The position numbers and the translations under genes were made by a program. The notes beneath the pieces were generated by a model. The model did not search any database and had not been told where the DNA came from. It saw only the letters and a list, made by a program, of their open reading frames with translations. This document shows, one piece after another, positions 13,722 to 20,000 of a stretch of 20,000 nucleotides of DNA. Source of the DNA: Atractiella rhizophila (taxonomy: Eukaryota); contig MU271193.1 in the NCBI GenBank assembly GCA_021432655.1, positions 85,176-105,175 of the forward strand, read 5' to 3'. Positions within the stretch are counted from its first letter, which is position 1. Every line of letters starts with the position of its first letter.

Positions 13722-15282
13722 GCTTCGGAGCGGAGTGGAAAGGGCCAACAAAACAAAGGGCCACGGAAAGGAATATGCTAGTTATGGTTGGAGTTTTGAG
13801 CTGGTTGGAAAGGATGCTTCATAGAGAGCTCGGTTGTTTTTGAGCGAGCAAGATGTGATGTGGTGTTTAACTCAGAGGTGAGCTCATCTCAAACGAAAGA
13901 GGGTAAGGTCGTGAGGGCATAAGGCATTGTCTCGCCTGGTGGGTCTAGACAAATTGTGTTTTCAACGATATGCAAGCAGAAAGTGCGTTTGCGACCAGCC
14001 TGCATTATACCAGTCTCATCAATTTCCACGGCATGAAAAATGGGCTTATGCTCCATGAATTGATAGACCAGGATAGACAAAGATGCTGAGTCTGAGCGAC
14101 GTGTCTTATGAGGCCGCTGTCTGCACCAGAGTGACCCGAAGAAGCAGAAGCGTTTCGTGGCCAGCGCTACATCCCCTCAAACATTGTAAACTTCTGTCCA
14201 TGCCTCTCGCCCAAGCAGATGCGCAGCCATACCCGTAGAGTATTTAACTGAAGCTTCACTGAATGACTTGACTGGACGAGCAATTATACCCCTATGGACC
14301 ATTCTGATTTTGGCTGGCGCAAGCAGAATGTCCTGATTTTGTCTTCGACTCACTGGCGTAAACAAAGAGCGCAGATATAAGCTTGGAACGCTGGTGTCGA
14401 ACAGGCATTCCTTTGCAACGATTGCGGTAACTTCCTGGAAACAGGCCAGTGGGAGTCCAGCGGTGGCCGTACTAGGATATCGAGGACGGACAGATGCATC
14501 GACCAGAATTGTCGATAGGTCTACCTTGATTATCTGAGGGTTGACCGTCGACTTACACTTTGAACAACCATTTGTTTTGGAGCCCCAGATGTTCTCTTAG
14601 GATGTGTGTGATTGCATCAAAGTCCCACTTTTCACCGTAGCAAGGATCATTTGCAGAGCATACCCATATTAGGAATTGACATGCGAATTGAAACCCATGT
14701 TCTGAAAAAGACCAGGAGGTGGAGAATGGAGGATACAGTTTCTCGTACGTCTCACTCTCTTTTCATGGCGGTAGTCGAGCATCAGCTTGTCCTTTCTTCG
14801 CTCTTGACAGCTCTTACCGCAAGATGGTTGATACTGCTCACCTGTGAAACCGATACACGATTGTCACAATCACGACTACACAGTATATATGCGAAACTGA
14901 AAACTGAACTTCGTTATACTGGTAGATCTACCTGTTGACAGGACCAGTAAATTGTAAGAGGATAGACTCTTTGTGGAGAAACAACGCCGTGCTCAATGAC
15001 CGCTGGTCGCCGATGTCAACCAGGGAAGATTGGGAATCGAGGAAGCTGGGTCGAACCAGCCATCCAAAACGAACCTGAGAGATTTGGTACGCAGTGAGGT
15101 CTTGTTTTCATGACGAACGCTTGGTCCTCTAAAATGATATCTTCTTCCTCCGTGCTTCTGTCAGCTCGGGCCTCTCCACATCCCCTGCCGCAGTTCCCAT
15201 CCCCCCCTCCACAAATCAACTTCGGAGCAGTTCCGAATTCCGTGGCCTAGGAAACCGAACTTGGTGGGCTCAAAAGCTGCAA

Positions 15283-15289
15283 TATAAAA
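15283..15289 (+). promoter_or_regulatory. TATA box of SDR copy 1
   Basis: TATAAAA 70 nt before the ATG at 15353. The paralogue has the same motif at a similar distance although the rest of its upstream DNA is not alignable. Confidence 0.55.
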
Positions 15290-15352
15290 ACAACCAAAGG
15301 CTACCACACATCTTAATTCAAGACACTTAATCCCAGATACTTGTTTTACAAT

Positions 15353-16561
15353 ATGACTGGCAGAATCAGTTTGGTTACTGGGACATCTGGCGGGTTGGGT
15401 GTGAGTACCATCAATCTCCCTGCGTCATCGCAGCGTTGAGATGTGTTGAACGGACAACAGTTCGAGCTTGTCAACCAGCTTTCAGCCAAACAGGACAGCC
15501 TCGTTTTTGCTCTGTCGCGCAACCCGTCCTCTTCTCCACGACTACAAGCCCTTGCTTCAGAACGCAAAAATCTTGTAGTCGTGAAAGGGGACACGACGGA
15601 TGATGATAGTATAAAGGCTGCCTTCGAAGAAGTTCAGAAGAAAATCGACAGCAAGGGTATTGATCTGCTCGTCGTCAAGTACGCACGCATTGTCCATCAA
15701 TTTCACTCGAAATGAAGTGATGCCACAGCGCGGGCGCCGCGTCTCCCAGCCCAAGTCAGCGACGCGCACAAGACATGGCAGCTGAATCGTTTACTTATTA
15801 TCCTCTCGAAGACTTCACCTACTTGGTACGCTTTTTTCGCTAGAGTGCCTGATCATCTTCTGACCAGAAGAGCAGTTCGATGTCAATGTGATTGGCAGCA
15901 TAAGAACAGTGAACGCGTTCCTGCCATTAATCAGAAAGGGAAGTGAGAAAAAGATCACCATAATCTCAAGCACTATCGGCTCTTGCAGTTACGTCGGTCT
16001 AAACGCTCCTTATGATGGTTCAAATAACGGTGTTTTCGGCCCATACGCTGGTGAGTTACCCGTTTCCCAAATGGTGAAGCTACTGACAATGTGACTACAG
16101 TTTCAAAAGCTGGTAAGGCTTACATGCCATTTCAGACAATGAGACACTCATTTTGTGTGCCCAGCTCTTAACATGGCGGCTAGGAAGTACGCTGTCGAGC
16201 TTCATCAGGACGGAGTCACTGTAGTGAATGTTTCGCCTGTGCGTTTCTCCTCCTCTTTGAACCCATTCTTCATCTGAACCTTTCGGCACACGAAGGGATG
16301 GGTTAAGACCAACTTGTGAGTATTTTTGCACTGTATCATCCACAGGACGGACCATTAACACCCTGTCCAGGTCCGGAGCAGATATTGTAAGTCAATCCAC
16401 GGGCAGTGAAAAAAATCCAGGTCGTTCTAACAAATTTTTGACAGGCGCCTCTGGAGGCCCCAGCTGCGATGGAGCAGCTCATCAAGACCATTGACGCTGT
16501 CACACTCAGTGATTCTGGCAGGTTTATCGATGTTGCCGTGGGAAAGGATGCTCCATTCTGA
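15353..16561 (+). CDS. Classical short-chain dehydrogenase/reductase, CsgA/C-factor-like (copy 1), multi-exon
   Basis: MTGRISLVTGTSGGLG (TGxxxGxG), intron 15401-15460, FALSRNP, IDLLVVN-AG, FDVNVIG..AFLPL, IISS, catalytic YA-VSKA-ALNM (YxxxK), VSP-GWVKTNL, and C-terminal SGRFID...DAPF ending in TGA 16559-16561. Splicing between ~15755 and 15875 is ambiguous. Confidence 0.92.
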
Positions 16562-17803
16562 AAGAAGGAGAGTAATCTGAAGGCCATGCTTGCAGCTGTT
16601 TCTCTACTTCATACTTCAGATTTTGAGTATAGTGCTATGGCTGCTTGTTGGAGAAGGGAGCAATGAATTTCGCAGAGACCTACATCACGAACTTGCACTT
16701 GTAGAGAACGAATGTGTAAAACTCATCTTTACACTTAGAAATGATTATTTCCCTACCAGCTCCGTTTAGAGAGGTGCGTCACGAATCGACGGTAGAAGCT
16801 GAGAAACACGGCCGTAAGAATGCTCTGCAGTTGCATGCGAACTAGAATATATCATGAAAGCTCTTGGACGTCTTGAGCAGAAAAACATCGGCTATCGCGA
16901 TAAGCATAGCACCACCCGGTCACCATCCTTACTAAATTCAACACTCCTACTTGCATCTAAGGAAAACGCGGGAGGAATGCAAGGTAATAGTTAACAGAAA
17001 GAGGGTAAGTGGCACTCTTAAGGTGCGTGGTTAGCCCATGTGTCAGAAACCTTGCTTCTTTGCGTCGCTCCCACCAAGCTTATGGAATAAATACCATAGC
17101 TTTGCGAGAGGTTGATATCAATATCACTTTGATGACACCGTCTATGCAATGCAAATTGACTGGTAGAGTCGGTCAGAATGCAGAAGGACGAGTGTACTCT
17201 TCTTGAGGTGTGTCACGATTAGTGAAGAGCTTGACCAGATGGTAGATTGACTGTCTTGGAATAACTTGTTTTGGTCGGGCGCCCACAAAATCCTACCTCC
17301 TTGAAGTCCCTCTGCCCGACGGGATCATAGCCTTCCTCAGGCTCTTATTCATCTTCTCCAGGATGAGCCACGATAGTTTGCCTAGGTGTTGAGCTTTGAG
17401 AGGAGCAGAGTAAATTATCCCCATTGCCGCACTGTGACACGAAAAGGCGAAAAGGAAATACTCATCTACAGAACAGGACTGGGGAACAGTCACAACTTGA
17501 ATCGTTTAAGAAGTAAAAATGCATCACTCTGTTTGGCAGCCATCATCGGAGGATGCCCGTATGCGCTCTTTTAAGCATGCAGTTAAGAGGGGTTTCACAG
17601 AAAGTGGGCTTGAAGGAGAGTCACGGGAATGGATGATGGGTCAGAAAAGAGGAGAGGAGATGCGGCACATGAGGATGTGCCAGATATGCCAAACTGCGAG
17701 CTGCGAGAGAGGGAGCTGACATGTTCGGATCAACTGTTCCGAGCAAAGTGAAGGGACGAGTTCCGGTACTTTATGACTGAATTGTATCTTGGAGCAGGTT
17801 TTA
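16558..17803 (+). repeat. Copy A of a >=1.2 kb direct repeat (SDR stop codon plus downstream spacer)
   Basis: Aligns by eye with 18773-20000: about 24 substitutions and 4 indels, including 20 nt (16763-16782) present only in this copy. Confidence 0.97.
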
Positions 17804-18097
17804 TTCCATCGTAGGCAAGGGAGGCACCGAACTACAAATCACGGGGCGACGGAGCCATAGTGGCTACAACAACGTAAATATTACCTGTTCGGATCAATCA
17901 AGTGAGTAAATCTTTCTGGGAGTGGAGACATGAAGGTAAACCGTCAGAGACGAGATACGGAGTGTTAATGGCAACGCGGATATGGATATACTTGCGCCTG
18001 GTCAGGCTCCACTTCTCAGCGCCGTATCTTCTATCTCTTCGAATTCGGTGTAGTGTAGATGTGCAGAGGCATCACAGCTGCGGTAGAGTCGGTTGGA

Positions 18098-18104
18098 TAT
18101 AAAA
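18098..18104 (+). promoter_or_regulatory. TATA box of SDR copy 2
   Basis: TATAAAA 66 nt before the ATG at 18164. Confidence 0.5.
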
Positions 18105-18163
18105 TGATGCCTCGTCGACACTCAGGTCTACAGACCGCACATTTGGAAGAACTTGATTACGAC

Positions 18164-18487
18164 ATGACGGGAAGAATCAGTTTGGTTACCGGAACATCTG
18201 GTGGGTTAGGCGTGAGTGATATCGACTATCTTCTTGCTTCCGATACAGTGTTCAGAAGTGCTGTAACAATAGTTCGAGCTCGTCAATCAGCTCTCAGCCA
18301 AGCCAGACAGCCTTGTTTTTGCCCTCACGCGCAACCCATTATCGTCTCCAAAGCTGCAGGTCCTTGCTTCTGAGCGCAACAATCTGGTACTCGTGAAAGC
18401 GGACATGACCAAATGATCGTAGCATGAAAGATGCCTTTGAAATTGTCGCGAAGATACTTGGAGAAAGGGGTATTGATCTCCTCATTG
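18164..18487 (+). pseudogene. Second CsgA-like SDR paralogue, 5' part only; +1 frameshift as assembled (pseudogene or sequencing error), remainder in the gap
   Basis: Exon 1 peptide MTGRISLVTGTSGGLG is identical to copy 1, with an intron at the same position (18212-18272). Exon 2 reads FELVNQLSAKPDSLVFALTRNP...VKADMT, then an extra A at 18411-18413 gives TGA at 18414-18416. Homology resumes in the shifted frame (DRSMKDAFEIVAKILGERGIDLLI). SDR identity is secure; pseudogene status is not. Confidence 0.6.
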
Positions 18488-18772
18488 NNNNNNNNNNNNN
18501 NNNNNNNNNNNNNNNNNNNNNNNNNNNNNNNNNNNNNNNNNNNNNNNNNNNNNNNNNNNNNNNNNNNNNNNNNNNNNNNNNNNNNNNNNNNNNNNNNNNN
18601 NNNNNNNNNNNNNNNNNNNNNNNNNNNNNNNNNNNNNNNNNNNNNNNNNNNNNNNNNNNNNNNNNNNNNNNNNNNNNNNNNNNNNNNNNNNNNNNNNNNN
18701 NNNNNNNNNNNNNNNNNNNNNNNNNNNNNNNNNNNNNNNNNNNNNNNNNNNNNNNNNNNNNNNNNNNNNNNN
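18488..18772. other. Assembly gap (285 N)
   Basis: Run of N in the sequence. Confidence 1.
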
Positions 18773-20000
18773 CTGAAAAGAAGGAGAGTAATCTGATGGC
18801 CATGCTTACAGCTGTTTCTCTACTTAATACTTCAGATTTTGAGTATAGTGCTATGGCTGCTTGTTGGAGAAGGGAGCAATGAATTTCGCAGAGACCTACA
18901 TCACGAACTTTCACTTGTAGAGAACGAATGTGTAAAACTCATCTTTACACTTAGAAATATGATTATTTCCCTACCAGCTCGAATCGACGGTAGAAGCTGA
19001 GAAACACGGCCGTAAGAATGTTCTGCAGTTGCATGCCAACTAGAATATATCATGAAAGCTCTTGGGCGTCTTGAGCAGAAAAACATCGGCTATCGCGATA
19101 AGCATAGCACCCCTCGGTCACCATCCTTACTAAATCAACACTCCTACTTGCATCTAAGGAAAACGCGGGAGGAATGCAAAGTAATAGTTAACAGAAAGAG
19201 GGTAACTAGCACTCTTAAGGTGCGTGGTTAGCCCATGTGTCAGAAACCTTGCTTCTTTGCGTCGCTCCCACCAACCTTATGGAATAAATACCATAGCTTT
19301 GCGAGAGGTTGATATCAATATCACTTTGATGACACCGTCTATGCAAGGCAAATTGACTGGTAGAGCCGGTTAGAATGCAGAAGGACGAGCGTACTCTTCT
19401 TGAGGTGTGTCACGATTCGTGAAGAGCTTGACCAGATGGAAGATTGACTGTCTTGGAATAACTTGTTTTGGTGGGGCGCCCACAAAATCCTACCTCCTTG
19501 AAGTCCCTCTGCCCGACGGGATCATAGCCTTCCTCAGGCTCTTATTCATCTTCTCCAGGATGAGCCACGATAGTTTGCCTAGGTGTTGAGCTTTGAGAGG
19601 AGCAGAGTAAATTATCCCCATTGCCGCACTGTGACACGAAAAGGCGAAAAGGAAACATTCATCTACAGAACAGGACTGGGGAACAGTCACAACTTGAATC
19701 GTTTAAGAAGTAAAAATGCATCACTCTGTTTGGCAGCCATCATCGGAGGATGCCCGTATGCGCTCTTTTAAGCATGCAGTTAAGAGGGGTTTCACAGAAA
19801 GTGGGCTTGAAGGAGAGTCACGGGAATGGATGATGGGTCAGAAAAGAGGAGAGGAGTTGCGGCACATGAGGATGTTCCAGATATGCCAAACTGCGAGCTG
19901 CGAGAGAGGGAGCTGACATGTTCGGATCAACTGTTCCGAGCAAAGTGAAGGGACGAGTTCCGGTACTTTATGACTGAATTGTATCTTGGAGCAGGTTTTA
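18773..20000 (+). repeat. Copy B of the direct repeat, running off the window end
   Basis: Begins CTGAAAAGAAGGAG, matching the SDR copy 1 stop codon region, and is ~98% identical to 16558-17803. Confidence 0.97.

Noticed and set aside
18339..18914. ORFs spanning the N run
   Set aside because: Artefacts of translating through the assembly gap.
16558..20000. Direct repeat interpreted as LTRs or as a RIP-mutated duplication
   Set aside because: No TG...CA termini, primer-binding site or internal gag/pol; the repeat starts at an SDR stop codon; differences are about half transversions (about 11 transitions, 13 transversions) with no C-to-T bias.

Overview
Eukaryotic, intron-rich fungal DNA, basidiomycete-like (mostly 45-60 nt GT-AG introns with CTRAY branch sites), so the ORF track fragments or misses most genes. 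Manual splicing gives, in order: the 3' part of an ABCC/MRP-type ABC transporter (+); a secreted GH128 beta-1,3-glucanase (-, 11 exons, almost absent from the ORF track); a secreted expansin/loosenin-like DPBB protein with a long acidic Kex2-type pro-region (-); an uncharacterised ~620 aa protein (+); mitochondrial Mn-superoxide dismutase (-) with a perfect CRE/ATF site next to its TATA box; and two tandem CsgA-like short-chain dehydrogenase genes (+). The second SDR copy has a frameshift and runs into a 285-N gap, followed by a ~98% identical copy of the region downstream of the first SDR. I found no tRNA, rRNA, CRISPR array or recognisable transposon, and no clear evidence of a wholly new system. 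The best leads are the adjacent pair of cationic secreted wall-active proteins and the asymmetric SDR duplication, which may be an assembly or haplotype artefact. Exon models, counts and family calls were made by hand without database searches.
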